Below, piece after piece: positions 10,287 to 20,883 of a DNA stretch of 64,000 nt. The notes under the pieces were generated by a model, which was given only the letters and a program-made list of their open reading frames with translations, had not been told where the DNA came from and ran no database searches. The stretch's first letter is position 1. Each line of letters begins with the position of its first letter. Where the stretch lies: the NCBI GenBank assembly GCA_963778115.1, contig CAVZSV010000005.1:480001-544000 (forward strand), in the 5' to 3' direction. Made by a program: the position numbers and the translations under genes. Source of the DNA: an uncultured delta proteobacterium (GTDB lineage Bacteria; Bdellovibrionota; FAC87; UBA2466).

Positions 10287-11387
10287 CTAAACCTTATCCT
10301 GAACGCTTCCTTTTTCCCCCATTGGAGCCGAAATCAAACTTTCAGAAGAGTTTTTTTCGCAGCGAGATAGATACCACGCTAACGTTTCGGCCAACCCTCG
10401 AGACACGTCATAGCGAGGTTCATAGGACAACACTTGCTTTGCCGCTGTGATATCCGCTAAAGAATGGCTTATCTCTCCTTTTCGCGGGCTCATATAGACC
10501 GCTTCCGCTATCGCCATCTCGGGCCGACGTTCGTTTAAAATCTGTTTAATTTTTCCGAAGAGTTCGTTGAGTGAAGTACCCGCACCGCAAGCAACGTTAA
10601 AGACTCGATCCAAAGCTTTAGGCTCTCGGCTCACGGCGGCAAGCAAATTGACCTGCACCACATTTTTTACGTAGCAGAAGTCTCGGCTCATCGTTCCATC
10701 GCCGTAGATGAGAGCGGCGTTACCGCTAAGAAGGTTATAGATCCATTTCGGAATCACGGCCGCGTAAGGACCGTTGGGAAGTTGTCTCGGGCCAAACACG
10801 TTAAAATATCTAAGTCCGATAATCGGCATATCGAAAAGCGAGGCAAAAGTGTGCGCATAAAGTTCGTTGGTTACTTTCGTCACCGCATAGGGGGAAAGGG
10901 GGCGGCCTGTTTTCGCTTCCACTTTAGGAAGGTCGGTATTGTCACCGTAAACCGAACTAGACGAAGCATAGACAAAGCGCTTTACGGCGGCATTCTTGGC
11001 CGCCTCTAGTAATGTCAGAAAACCGGTGACATTGCTTTGGTTCGTATTAAGCGGAGTTGCGATCGATCGAGGAACCGAGCCCACAGCGGCATGGTGCAAG
11101 ACCACCTCAACCCCTTCGCACGCTTGGCGGCAGACGGCGACATCACAGATGTCCCCTTCGATGAATTCGAAATTTTGCCACCGACTCCCCACTCGCGCCT
11201 CAATATCCTGGAGATTTGCCCGGGTACCATTCGAAAAGTTATCAAGGCCGATAACACTTTGGCCTAACAAAAGTAACTCCTCAACCAAATGTGAACCGAT
11301 AAATCCAGCCGCTCCAGTCACCAACCATAATCGCGGGACCTGGCGCAAATCGGCAATGATGTTGTCAAACGTTGAGTTTTTCTGCAT
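10287..11387 (-). CDS. wbpP: UDP-GlcNAc(A) C4-epimerase, WbpP/TviC-like SDR
   Basis: TGAAGFIG, AVGSVPRS, YASSSS.YG, YAVTK, YAAVIPKW; GGGGG SD before ATG 11387. Confidence 0.88.
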   Translation of the reverse strand: MQKNSTFDNIIADLRQVPRLWLVTGAAGFIGSHLVEELLLLGQSVIGLDNFSNGTRANLQDIEARVGSRWQNFEFIEGDICDVAVCRQACEGVEVVLHHAAVGSVPRSIATPLNTNQSNVTGFLTLLEAAKNAAVKRFVYASSSSVYGDNTDLPKVEAKTGRPLSPYAVTKVTNELYAHTFASLFDMPIIGLRYFNVFGPRQLPNGPYAAVIPKWIYNLLSGNAALIYGDGTMSRDFCYVKNVVQVNLLAAVSREPKALDRVFNVACGAGTSLNELFGKIKQILNERRPEMAIAEAVYMSPRKGEISHSLADITAAKQVLSYEPRYDVSRGLAETLAWYLSRCEKNSSESLISAPMGEKGSVQDKV

Positions 11388-12435
11388 TGCTTCCCCCAGC
11401 CATCGGAATTCTCTGTTGGTTTTGAATTTTCGACACAATGGACAAGAAATGGCTTGCCGAATGTTGAAGCGTATATCGACCCAGCACGTGCCGCCTGGGG
11501 CTTAGACTCGCCATTTGATCGGCGAATTCATCAAAACGCTCCTTTAAATCATCGGGCCCCGCGAACCGACGCCCTACTTCCGGATGAAGGTATCCGCAAC
11601 TCGAGGCGCCCTGGAACTGTTGTCCCAAGAACGACATGACGCCCGGATCGTAATGGATCGTAGGAACATCACTGCTCCACGCTTCGAAAGAGGCTAGCCC
11701 TTGAGTCTCCGATTGAGAGAGAAAGACAACAAATTGGCTTTTCGCTAACTCTTTTCGAAACTCTTCCGGAGCATAATGGCCGTACTCCACCACCTTAGCT
11801 TTCAATCCGCGTTTTTCGATAAGTTTCTGGCAAAGTCGAAACACGTCGGAAGGAACGGCCTTCTTGTAGATGATGACTTGATCTCTTTGGCCGCGGGGAA
11901 TAGTAGAAAGGTGCCACCACTCCGTATCGACTCCCGCAAACCAAACATGTGATTCGGGGACTTCTCGCCCTGCTAGACGATGAAATAGGCTCCTGTGCCA
12001 TTCGCTTAGAAATAGCAGAGCGTCTATCTCAGGCGATAGCAAGATTTCATCGTACTCGGAGGGAATGGTAGCGATAAAGGGCCCGACGATTAGACGACGT
12101 ATGGTACCCGCACGCTTTTGATCAATGGCCCAGCGCAGACAACGCACGTCTTTTATCACTACTACCGTATCGAGATCGCCTGTGACTTCGAAACGATTTT
12201 GCGACAACGCGACACCGTTCTTGATCAGGGTTCGAATTAAAGCGTCTGGAATGCGCACCGAACCGAAACTCCTAAGGGCGCGTGTTACGCCATCCCAGTC
12301 GCCCAAAAGAAATCCCTCTTTAACCAGGACTTTGGTCAAAATCTTAATTCGCTGCGCTCTAGATTCAGGAAAGGAGTCTAAAACCAAGAGCGAGTAGACA
12401 TCTTCAATTGATCGTGAGGAATGCTTCATGCTCAA
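11365..12435 (-). CDS. Glycosyltransferase (GT-B fold)
   Basis: GVDTEWW and SETQGLASFEAWS (E-x7-E) motifs. Confidence 0.7.
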   Translation of the reverse strand: MSMKHSSRSIEDVYSLLVLDSFPESRAQRIKILTKVLVKEGFLLGDWDGVTRALRSFGSVRIPDALIRTLIKNGVALSQNRFEVTGDLDTVVVIKDVRCLRWAIDQKRAGTIRRLIVGPFIATIPSEYDEILLSPEIDALLFLSEWHRSLFHRLAGREVPESHVWFAGVDTEWWHLSTIPRGQRDQVIIYKKAVPSDVFRLCQKLIEKRGLKAKVVEYGHYAPEEFRKELAKSQFVVFLSQSETQGLASFEAWSSDVPTIHYDPGVMSFLGQQFQGASSCGYLHPEVGRRFAGPDDLKERFDEFADQMASLSPRRHVLGRYTLQHSASHFLSIVSKIQNQQRIPMAGGSNAEKLNV

Positions 12436-12815
12436 TGGTTAAGACCTTTGTCTACAATCCCTTAACTGCGCTAAAAACTGCATTTGGGTGAATTAAACGC
12501 AGCGACCCAAAAATGTGAATTGAATTTCGCAAGTAAATTAAATTCCATTGACGTCCGTTTGTCGACGAAAATTGACTTAGACGCGGCGCTCATTAAAAAA
12601 CCCTGGACGGGCTGGGACGGATAGTTAAACTGTCACAGTGCGATTCAGGTAAACACGAAAAACGGCGCTTTCGCAGAGAAACATACGAGAAAACTATAAA
12701 TTAACTCGTTACCGAGTTGTCGTTACCGGCCAGCGAGATTATAGTTTTCTTGGCTAGCCAAACTTTCGCGGGGGATTTACTTCTGAAATGCACTATCAGC
12801 AAATGGGGAGTGTGA

Positions 12816-13340
12816 ATGGGTCGTCTTTACAGCGTCGTCATTAGCATCGTGATTAGTCAGTTAATCTTCTTACCAGTGGTTAGAGCCGAGGTGGTAGAAA
12901 CCGCTGGCTCCTTTTCGGTAAACAAAGACGAACCGACTTATAAAAGCGGCAGCGTTTTTGTTAACTCCACCAAAAAGAACGATGTTCTTATCAAAACGAA
13001 CGTATGGGGCGCGGTCCAATTTCCAGGGGTACATTATATCCCCTTGGGAACGCGTTTCTTAGAGGCAATATCGTTCGCGGGAGGGCCGGTCGATTCCGCG
13101 GAAACGGAAGATATCACGCTCTCGTCGAAGCCGACGGGCGGGTCCACTTCCAGTGTGGTTCGGCAACTTTCGATAAGAAACGCACTGGCACAAGAGAAAA
13201 ATAACCCAGTCTTGCAACCCGATGATATTATTGTCGTCGAAGAAAACCATTCCAGGGACAAGATTGCGCTCTATATCACGATTGGTACTTTTCTCGTTTC
13301 CGCAGCTGCCTTGGGACTAGCGATCTCCGATCATAGGTAA
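12816..13340 (+). CDS. Short SLBB-domain polysaccharide export (OPX/Wza-like) protein
   Basis: Signal peptide; VWGAVQFPG...EAISFAGG...LQPDDIIVV SLBB domain; C-terminal hydrophobic helix. Confidence 0.75.
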   Translation: MGRLYSVVISIVISQLIFLPVVRAEVVETAGSFSVNKDEPTYKSGSVFVNSTKKNDVLIKTNVWGAVQFPGVHYIPLGTRFLEAISFAGGPVDSAETEDITLSSKPTGGSTSSVVRQLSIRNALAQEKNNPVLQPDDIIVVEENHSRDKIALYITIGTFLVSAAALGLAISDHR

Positions 13341-13356
13341 CTTTTAGGTAACTTTA

Positions 13357-15213
13357 ATGTGCGGTATAGCCGGAATTGCATATGTCAGTTCCCCGCCTCT
13401 TCATCGCGTAGAGCTTGAAAAGGAGCTTTCGCGTGCCGAGCAATTGCTCGCCCATCGCGGCCCTGACGATGCGGGGATTTGGATTAGCGATGATGATACG
13501 GTCGGATTTATTCACCGTAGGCTTGCCATTCTTGACCTTTCCCCCCGCGCTCACCAACCGATGCGGGATGCTTCGGGGAATGTCATCACCTTCAACGGTG
13601 AAATTTATAACTTTCACGAACTAAGAATCCAATTTCCCGACAATGAATACGTCAGCGAATCCGATACCGAAGTGCTCTTAAAAGGGTTAGCGAAGACGGG
13701 CCCCGATTTTCTGACCGAAATCGAAGGAATGTTTGCTTTCGCTTTTTATTCCAAAAAGGAGGACCGACTCCTATTGGCTGTGGACCCCGCTGGAGAAAAG
13801 CCCATTTACACCTATTGGGATGGAAAGATCTTTGCTTTCGCTTCAGAGATTAAAGCGCTCACCGCTTTTACCGGCATCAGCTTGATTGCTGACCCCGAGA
13901 GGCTCAAAGAGTCTCTTATCTACGGTTATGTGCCGTGGCCAAGAACGGTCTATCGAAACATTAATAAAATTCCGGCCGGACACTTTCAAAGAGTAGATCT
14001 GCGTCGCGGCCCCGAGGAAATTCGCCAGTACTGGGATGTGCCGCTGGGTCAGGTTTGCCACAACTGGTCCACGGAACAGGCAACCGACTCACTGAGAGAG
14101 ATCTTAAGCCAGTCGGTCCGCCGGCGTTTAGTTTCTGATGTTCCTGTCGGAAGCTTTCTCAGCGGAGGAGTCGACTCCAGTGCGGTCAGTTGGGAGGCGG
14201 CTCAACTTCTCACCCCGGCCAGGCTGCAAACCTTTTCGGCCGGGTTTTCTCACGACGCCGAAAGCGCATTCTATGATGAGACTAAATACGCCGCCTATGT
14301 AGCAAAACTCATTCATTCTGATCACCGAGTCCTTCAGATAGATGCCTCCACGATAGATGCGGCAGCCATTATGAGACGCTTTGACGAGCCCTTTGGAGAT
14401 AGCTCCGCCATTCCGACCTATCTTCTTTGTGAAAAAACCTCACAACATGTCAAAGTCGTACTCTCCGGCGATGGAGGAGACGAGCTTTTCGGAGGATATC
14501 AAAGGTTTGGAGCATCACTAATCGCGGAAAGATTCAAAACACTTTGGCAAATGGCTCTCTCTCCGGTTCTTTGGATGGATGCGGCCCCGAGATCCTTTCT
14601 AGGAAAACTCCAAAGATTTAGACGCGCCGTTAACTCTCCTCTGTTGAAACGCTTAGCCGTATGGAACTCCTTTTTTGCAGAAGATGATTTAAAGCGCTTC
14701 TTGGGAGATTCCGAGACGTCGGTATTCGAATCGTTGAAATACTGGGACGAAAAAACCAAAGGTATTAGCATCGGAGAGAAAATTCTCTATTACAATTTCA
14801 AAACCTATCTTTTCGATGATCTTTTGCCGAAAGTAGATCGCATGAGCATGGCTCATGCCCTGGAAGTCAGAGCACCTTTTCTAGATAAGACCCTTATCAA
14901 GTTCGCGTTTTCGCTTCCCACTCACATGAAATTTGACGCCTTTCATACAAAGAGAATTCTAAAACAGGCCTATCGCCACGATCTAGGGGCTACTATAACC
15001 GATAGAGCTAAGCATGGTTTTGCTTTCCCGCTGCCGACGTTCTTGGGCAATCAAACCTCCCGCACTAGCACACAGGCACTTCGAAAACTCTTCCCGCAAT
15101 CGCCGCTATCGACTACGGCGATTTCGTCGCCTAATCGTACGTCGAAAGATTTCATCTTATGGACCGTGGATCAATGTCTGTCGAATGGGATGCAAATACA
15201 AAATGCTATATGA
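13357..15213 (+). CDS. asnB: Asparagine synthase-like glutamine amidotransferase (probably polysaccharide amidation)
   Basis: MCGIAG, HRGPD, FNGEIYN, LSGGVDS, SGDGGDELFGGY, E.RAPFLD. Confidence 0.9.
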   Translation: MCGIAGIAYVSSPPLHRVELEKELSRAEQLLAHRGPDDAGIWISDDDTVGFIHRRLAILDLSPRAHQPMRDASGNVITFNGEIYNFHELRIQFPDNEYVSESDTEVLLKGLAKTGPDFLTEIEGMFAFAFYSKKEDRLLLAVDPAGEKPIYTYWDGKIFAFASEIKALTAFTGISLIADPERLKESLIYGYVPWPRTVYRNINKIPAGHFQRVDLRRGPEEIRQYWDVPLGQVCHNWSTEQATDSLREILSQSVRRRLVSDVPVGSFLSGGVDSSAVSWEAAQLLTPARLQTFSAGFSHDAESAFYDETKYAAYVAKLIHSDHRVLQIDASTIDAAAIMRRFDEPFGDSSAIPTYLLCEKTSQHVKVVLSGDGGDELFGGYQRFGASLIAERFKTLWQMALSPVLWMDAAPRSFLGKLQRFRRAVNSPLLKRLAVWNSFFAEDDLKRFLGDSETSVFESLKYWDEKTKGISIGEKILYYNFKTYLFDDLLPKVDRMSMAHALEVRAPFLDKTLIKFAFSLPTHMKFDAFHTKRILKQAYRHDLGATITDRAKHGFAFPLPTFLGNQTSRTSTQALRKLFPQSPLSTTAISSPNRTSKDFILWTVDQCLSNGMQIQNAI

Positions 15214-16039
15214 TTTTTACCACATCTTTAGTGCCGCACTTCGACTTCAAGGGCAAAAGCCTCGAAAAACTTCCTTACTCATTTGGCTTGCCTACGCACG
15301 TATCGTCGTTAAACGCAGAATCTATGCTCTTACCAAAACAGAGCCCAAGGCCGAGACCTTCTTGGGATTTAAGTTTCGTTTTTTTCGATATTCAAGTTTC
15401 TTGTATCTCATCGAAGAGATTTTCGTAAACGGACTCTACCGCTTCGAGCCACCGACCGATTCTCCCGTTATTTTTGATTGCGGAAGCAACATTGGGGTAT
15501 CGGTCATTTACTTTAAATGGAGATATCCCGATTCGCAAATCGTGGCCTTCGAACCCGATCCTCGTACCTTTGAGCTTCTGCAATGGAATGTCGCCCAAAA
15601 CGGTCTTAAAGGCGTCACCATTCACAACGTCGCACTTTCAGAAAGCCGGGGAGAGATCACTTTTCACAGCACTACCCCTGGAGCTCTTTCCGCTAGCATT
15701 CTAGAAACTCGGGTAACCGGCGAAAATGCAGGACAGAAGGTTCCCACTTTCCCGCTCTCTTCCTTTATAAAAACTAAGATTGACCTCATGAAGATGGACA
15801 TCGAAGGGGCTGAGATCTATTGCATCCCCGAACTGGCCGCTTCGGGGACGTTAAGCAGCATCTCGCACATGGTCATTGAATGTCATCATAATCTACGCGA
15901 TTACCGGGACATTTTAACGACAGTGATGCAAATCTTAGAAGCACACAAATTTTCCTATCAGCTATCCGCGAATTTAAAATTCCCCGTGGAAAAGGAAATC
16001 ACCCAGGATGTCATGCTCTATGCTCATCAGCTCGGATAA
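15203..16039 (+). CDS. FkbM-family methyltransferase
   Basis: DCGSNIG, FEP, KMDIEGAE; ATG 15203 overlaps the asnB end. Confidence 0.85.
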   Translation: MLYDFYHIFSAALRLQGQKPRKTSLLIWLAYARIVVKRRIYALTKTEPKAETFLGFKFRFFRYSSFLYLIEEIFVNGLYRFEPPTDSPVIFDCGSNIGVSVIYFKWRYPDSQIVAFEPDPRTFELLQWNVAQNGLKGVTIHNVALSESRGEITFHSTTPGALSASILETRVTGENAGQKVPTFPLSSFIKTKIDLMKMDIEGAEIYCIPELAASGTLSSISHMVIECHHNLRDYRDILTTVMQILEAHKFSYQLSANLKFPVEKEITQDVMLYAHQLG

Positions 16040-16943
16040 TCGCCCTAGGCCCGTGGCTCGTAAGCTTGGCCTGAAATCACTTCTTCTTAATGAGATGCGA
16101 CGTGTGCTATTTCAACATCCTTTGGTTGAAAATCGCTTAAGAACGCTGACCCACGGAAAGCCTGCTTCTCATTGGATATGCCGACTTCTCCCTAACCATT
16201 ATCAGTATCGTCGCCCCACCATTCGGCAGACAGGGCTTTTAGGCCATGGTCCGTCGTTGCGACTAGATCTTAGCGATTCAATGGAATGGCATCTTTATTT
16301 TGGAATCTTTGATCCTTCTCAACAAAATCTACTGACACTAGGCAGCGCCGGCGACACGGTGATAGACGTAGGAGCCAATATTGGTGCAACCATGCTGGCT
16401 TTGTCCGAAAAGGTGGGCAGCCAAGGCCGTGTCATAGGCTTTGAACCTGATCCCTGCACCTACGAGAAGTGCAATTTTCACCTTCAGAGCAACGGATACG
16501 AAAATGCTGAAATCCATCCTTTGGGGTTAGGGGCCACCACCTCATCGAAACGGCTTAGGGTGAGATCGGAAAAAAATCAGGGAATGAACCAGATCGTCCC
16601 CGAAGATTGCAAGAGTCAGGGCACTCAAATCGAAATCACCACCATCGACTCGTTTGTCGCTAATCGCGGTTTAGAACGAATTGACCTAATCAAGATCGAT
16701 GTCGAAGGCTACGAGTCGGAGGTTCTTAAGGGTGCCCGGGAGACGATAGGACGCTTTTGTCCTAAGCTTTTTATAGAAATCGATGATGCTAACTTAAAAG
16801 ATCATAACAGCTCTCCGGAAGCAGTTTTGGCTTTTCTAAGGCCTTTCGGTTATCGTTTCTACAAAGACACCATGAAACTTCCGCTGACCAGCCTAGAACC
16901 CAGATGCCATTTCGATCTGGTCGCTGTCGTAGGGAGCTCCTGA
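16008..16943 (+). CDS. FkbM-family methyltransferase
   Basis: DVGANIG, FEP, KIDVEGYE. Confidence 0.87.
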   Translation: MSCSMLISSDNRPRPVARKLGLKSLLLNEMRRVLFQHPLVENRLRTLTHGKPASHWICRLLPNHYQYRRPTIRQTGLLGHGPSLRLDLSDSMEWHLYFGIFDPSQQNLLTLGSAGDTVIDVGANIGATMLALSEKVGSQGRVIGFEPDPCTYEKCNFHLQSNGYENAEIHPLGLGATTSSKRLRVRSEKNQGMNQIVPEDCKSQGTQIEITTIDSFVANRGLERIDLIKIDVEGYESEVLKGARETIGRFCPKLFIEIDDANLKDHNSSPEAVLAFLRPFGYRFYKDTMKLPLTSLEPRCHFDLVAVVGSS

Positions 16944-17962
16944 TGAGAGAAAACGCCTCAAAGCGCCAAGAGTTCGCAATCATAATTCCTAACTTCAATC
17001 GTCGATATCTCCTCGTGGAAGCGGTGAGCTCGCTGCTTTCCCAAACGACGACCTCCTCGTTTACCTTTCACATCGTAGTAGTCGATGACGGCAGCACCGA
17101 TGGCTCTTGGGAAGCGCTCATACGAGCGTACGACGGTAAAGAGCTAGAACCCAATATCGCTACTTTTCCGGTACCTCTAACCCTTATTCGACAGCCCAAT
17201 AGTGAGCGAGGCGCCGCCCGAAATACTGGGGCCAGATGGGCAATCGCTCAAGACCGGGCCGATTGGCTTCTCTTCTTTGACTCGGACGATCGCATGGCGG
17301 ATAACGCTTTGCTGCATTTCTCGGACGCTCTTAAGACCTCACGCCCTGGAGCTTTTTACGGATTCGTTCTGCCTTGGAACAGCGATCTCTCAGGACCGGT
17401 CTCGGCATCACTCAACTTCACACAAAAGCCCCAGGGCGATATCTCTAGCATAGTGCTTTCACGGACGGTGCTATCTTTGGGAGCCACTCTAATTCGTAAG
17501 GATGTTTTCTTTGAGATAGGCCCTTTTTCGGAAGATCGCAGAATGAGTGGTAGTGAAGATTGGGAGTTCCTAACGCGCCTTGCGCTCGCTAGAGAGGTCG
17601 AATTCGTCCCTCACCTCATTACGTACTACCGCCAACATCAGCAAAATACCGACACCTCTTTGTATCTCACTTCACTAGACCTCGCGGTGGATGCTCTAAC
17701 CCCCGCCATAAAGAAACGCTTTTCTCCTTCCGAGGGAGCCCTATTCCTAATGCGAAAACAGGCGTTGCTCCTAAAGATAGGTGCTTTGATTCGAATGAAG
17801 CGTTTTGATGAAGCTTATGACAATCTGAGGGATCTCATTAAACAACAGGGGCTGACCCGGGATTTTCGGGCTTACCGGTTGATCTTAAGTCTTATCAAAC
17901 AATGGACGCTGTACAACCTGCGCGGGCAACCGGCGGCCATTCCCAGTGACACAACGGCGTAA
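16943..17962 (+). CDS. Glycosyltransferase family 2
   Basis: IIPNFNR, VVDDGSTD, ARN.G, FFDSDD, EDWEF; TGATG overlap. Confidence 0.88.
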   Translation: MRENASKRQEFAIIIPNFNRRYLLVEAVSSLLSQTTTSSFTFHIVVVDDGSTDGSWEALIRAYDGKELEPNIATFPVPLTLIRQPNSERGAARNTGARWAIAQDRADWLLFFDSDDRMADNALLHFSDALKTSRPGAFYGFVLPWNSDLSGPVSASLNFTQKPQGDISSIVLSRTVLSLGATLIRKDVFFEIGPFSEDRRMSGSEDWEFLTRLALAREVEFVPHLITYYRQHQQNTDTSLYLTSLDLAVDALTPAIKKRFSPSEGALFLMRKQALLLKIGALIRMKRFDEAYDNLRDLIKQQGLTRDFRAYRLILSLIKQWTLYNLRGQPAAIPSDTTA

Positions 17963-18060
17963 CTACCGACCAAAGAAGCCCCTTTCTCTCGCAAAATGCA
18001 CGGTTAGTCGTTTTTATCTTCTCAGATTTTTGGCTCAGATTTTAAGATTAATTCTTAAGC

Positions 18061-18085
18061 ATCCCTTTCGCTAAGCGAAAGGGAT
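18061..18085. terminator. Perfect hairpin between convergent operons
   Basis: ATCCCTTTCGC-TAA-GCGAAAGGGAT directly after the stop at 18086; no clear U tract. Confidence 0.45.
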
Positions 18086-18916
18086 CTAGCGTTCCCACTT
18101 CGAGTCCTTCCACGGCTTAAATATCCCCGCCTCTACCCCAAACCTAAACCTAATCCCATTTCTCCTAAGCTGATCCTTTAGCATCAGCGTCCACGGTGTT
18201 GCCGGGCCGGACAGCGTTTTTTCTTTCACATTAAACACCGTGGTCTCTTTGGACTGCGAACAAAGGATAGACGGATAATCCACGATAGCGGCAGGCTTTA
18301 CCCCTTCTGGGTTTTCTAACCTTACCCATGCTGCGGAAATGATGTCGTTTACCCTTGCAACCCGTGCCTCTAACGAAAGCTCTTTGGGAAGCCACCTCTC
18401 TTTAATAATTTGAACCGGAATTCCTCCCGCCAAACAGCCCGACGGAAGATCACGATTGATAAGGGAACGTGCGGCCACGACCACCTGATGACCAATCTTA
18501 ACTCCGGGATTTACCCAAGCATTCGGTAACCAGACTGAATCTCCGATCTCAACTCCATCCCACTGTACTGGAGCGCCAAGCTCAAGAGTGTCTATGTAAG
18601 CGCCATGAGTAAATATTTTCGTCTCTATTCCGCATCCAAACTCGTGACCTACCGAGACACCCCGAGCGATATTCACTTGAGAATTCATTCCCATGTGAAA
18701 CCAGTCGCCGGCCTTTAGAAACGCTCCGGGATCAAAACAAGAGCCACCTCCCACCGTGGCTCCGCGATCGAGGAAGGCTTCGCGACCTATCTCTACAAGT
18801 TCACCTTCAATGTGAACGCCCTCACGAATTACCGCGCCATCACCTAAATACCCATTTTTTACGTTAATAACGACTGAAGGGTGAATCTGACAGTCTTTTC
18901 CTATCTTAAACGCCAT
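18086..18916 (-). CDS. Left-handed beta-helix acyltransferase
   Basis: Hexapeptide repeats, IFTHG, VEIGDSVW, LAGGIP. Confidence 0.8.
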   Translation of the reverse strand: MAFKIGKDCQIHPSVVINVKNGYLGDGAVIREGVHIEGELVEIGREAFLDRGATVGGGSCFDPGAFLKAGDWFHMGMNSQVNIARGVSVGHEFGCGIETKIFTHGAYIDTLELGAPVQWDGVEIGDSVWLPNAWVNPGVKIGHQVVVAARSLINRDLPSGCLAGGIPVQIIKERWLPKELSLEARVARVNDIISAAWVRLENPEGVKPAAIVDYPSILCSQSKETTVFNVKEKTLSGPATPWTLMLKDQLRRNGIRFRFGVEAGIFKPWKDSKWER

Positions 18917-18934
18917 GGCACTTTCCGCCTTTTT

Positions 18935-19555
18935 TTAAGCAAATATTCTTACAATCTCATAAGCCTCACACGGCCCGAGGCCGTGAAGAGACGCATAGGT
19001 ATTTGCATGAAAAATATCGAGATACGCTTCTTTCATGTACGCTCGCTCCGACTGGGACTGGTGAGCGCGAAGCGCTTGCTTCTTTTGAGCGTACACTTCG
19101 GATATATCGATGAAAATCTGAGGCTTAAAGTCTAAAGTATTGCTCAAGATACCATAGGCCAGAATACTTGCTTTTGATCGGCGTGCCGCACCGGAAGTCA
19201 CTTCGAAAATAGTCCGGTGCTCTTGGTGGGTATCATGAGGCCCAAGCGTTAAGATCAAATCAGGCTTCACCCGGCTTATAATTTCAGTGAGCTCGTCTAA
19301 AATGATATGAAAATCATCCTGGCTAACGCCTGCCTTATCTCTAAAAAGTACTGACTTCGGACGAACCAGGTCGAAAGCAGCGATACTTTCGGACCTTCGT
19401 TTAGGACCGGTCGTGGGATCTCCTGCGGAACCAAGTGAAGCCACATAGAGATGGATACTCGAACTGGGAGGCTGCTTTAGCAAAAGACCAAAACACCCGT
19501 ACTCTAGATCATCGGGATGAGCGCCAATCGCCAAAATCTTTTCATACTGCATCAT
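18935..19555 (-). CDS. PIG-L family deacetylase
   Basis: AHPDD and HQEH metal motifs; K..AL.AH.SQ. Confidence 0.88.
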   Translation of the reverse strand: MMQYEKILAIGAHPDDLEYGCFGLLLKQPPSSSIHLYVASLGSAGDPTTGPKRRSESIAAFDLVRPKSVLFRDKAGVSQDDFHIILDELTEIISRVKPDLILTLGPHDTHQEHRTIFEVTSGAARRSKASILAYGILSNTLDFKPQIFIDISEVYAQKKQALRAHQSQSERAYMKEAYLDIFHANTYASLHGLGPCEAYEIVRIFA

Positions 19556-20883
19556 GCGAACTCCTTAACAGGTGATCTGACAAACGAATCCATTAGAGTC
19601 TTCAATTCGTGGAGTTTGGGAACGAATAGGTCAAAGACATTTCCCTTTCCACTGCGCATAATTCCCACAAAGATATACGTAAGCGAAACAAAGTTAGCCG
19701 TCACCGAAGCAACGCTTGCGCCTAAGATCCCGTGATGGGGAATCAATAGAAAATCGCCCGAAATTCCGACAACAAGCCCCATACACTCGGCATAAATATT
19801 ATGCTGCGCCCTGGCCTGCGACAAATTGTAGTAGGCAAAAAGATGCTTGATTGATAACAGAAAGAAACTTATTGCCACAATCCGAAGAGGAATAATCGCC
19901 TCTTCGAAGGCCGCCCCATAACAGACTAAAATAATCGAACGCGAAAAGAGCACCAGCACGGCGGTCACTAAAGTGAGAGCCCCCGCATTCAAACGAGAAA
20001 ACATCCCTAGTTTTGCCATCGCATCCGATGACGTCACCGCCGATAAATGGGGTAACATCACCATATTTAGCGTCATTGGGATAAACGTCAGAAAGTTCCC
20101 CAGGCCTGCCGCGACGGAATAGACCCCCAACGCTTTCAATCCGATCTCTCTTTCAATAATCCAATAATCCGCCCGTAGATAGAGAAAGTTAATGACGTAA
20201 GAGATATAGATGAGAGCAGAGAAGCCTAGCATGGGTTTAAACGCATCGGTAAGGCTTAACCGGAAACTAAAGCCCACTTCTCTACGATAACAATTAAGGA
20301 AAAGAGCGACACGGAGCAGCGAAAGGCAAAAGTCAGCGACAAAGATTTGATGGACCGTTAATTCCCAGCCGCGAGCTCGTCCTATAAAAAATGAACCAAA
20401 AATTAAGACCCTAAGACCCGCAGAAATAATCTCCATGGTATTACTCATGTCAAATCGCTTTCGGCCGGAGAGAGCCGAATTAAAGACTAGCTGCAGGGAA
20501 TTAAAGAAAAATGACAAGATAAAATAGGCTTCATAAAAAGAGGAGGCGTAACCGATCGGGAAAATGAGATCCGCTTTGGGGAAGTGAAAGGTCGCCCACT
20601 GAATGCCCCCCAAGACGACCACTCCGAAAAACCAAGTACAAAACGCGACTCCCATCACCTTATTGAGTTCGATCTTTCGGTTGGACACATAGTACGTAAT
20701 GGCAGACGTCACTCCCAGACCCAAAAAGAGTATAAAAAAACTCTGTGCGGCTTGTAGCTTCGCAAATAGTCCACGAGCCTCCGGACCAAGCAAGCGGGTC
20801 ACGAAAATACTTTGTACCATCATCAATACGGTGAGAAGAACTCTCAGTACAACCGTATGGGAAAGGTGGCGCTCAACCGACAT
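19552..20883 (-). CDS. wzx: Polysaccharide flippase (Wzx/MOP family)
   Basis: About 12 TM helices; RLLGPEARG, D.WII...G.YS, LIP.HGILGA. Confidence 0.85.
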   Translation of the reverse strand: MSVERHLSHTVVLRVLLTVLMMVQSIFVTRLLGPEARGLFAKLQAAQSFFILFLGLGVTSAITYYVSNRKIELNKVMGVAFCTWFFGVVVLGGIQWATFHFPKADLIFPIGYASSFYEAYFILSFFFNSLQLVFNSALSGRKRFDMSNTMEIISAGLRVLIFGSFFIGRARGWELTVHQIFVADFCLSLLRVALFLNCYRREVGFSFRLSLTDAFKPMLGFSALIYISYVINFLYLRADYWIIEREIGLKALGVYSVAAGLGNFLTFIPMTLNMVMLPHLSAVTSSDAMAKLGMFSRLNAGALTLVTAVLVLFSRSIILVCYGAAFEEAIIPLRIVAISFFLLSIKHLFAYYNLSQARAQHNIYAECMGLVVGISGDFLLIPHHGILGASVASVTANFVSLTYIFVGIMRSGKGNVFDLFVPKLHELKTLMDSFVRSPVKEFA

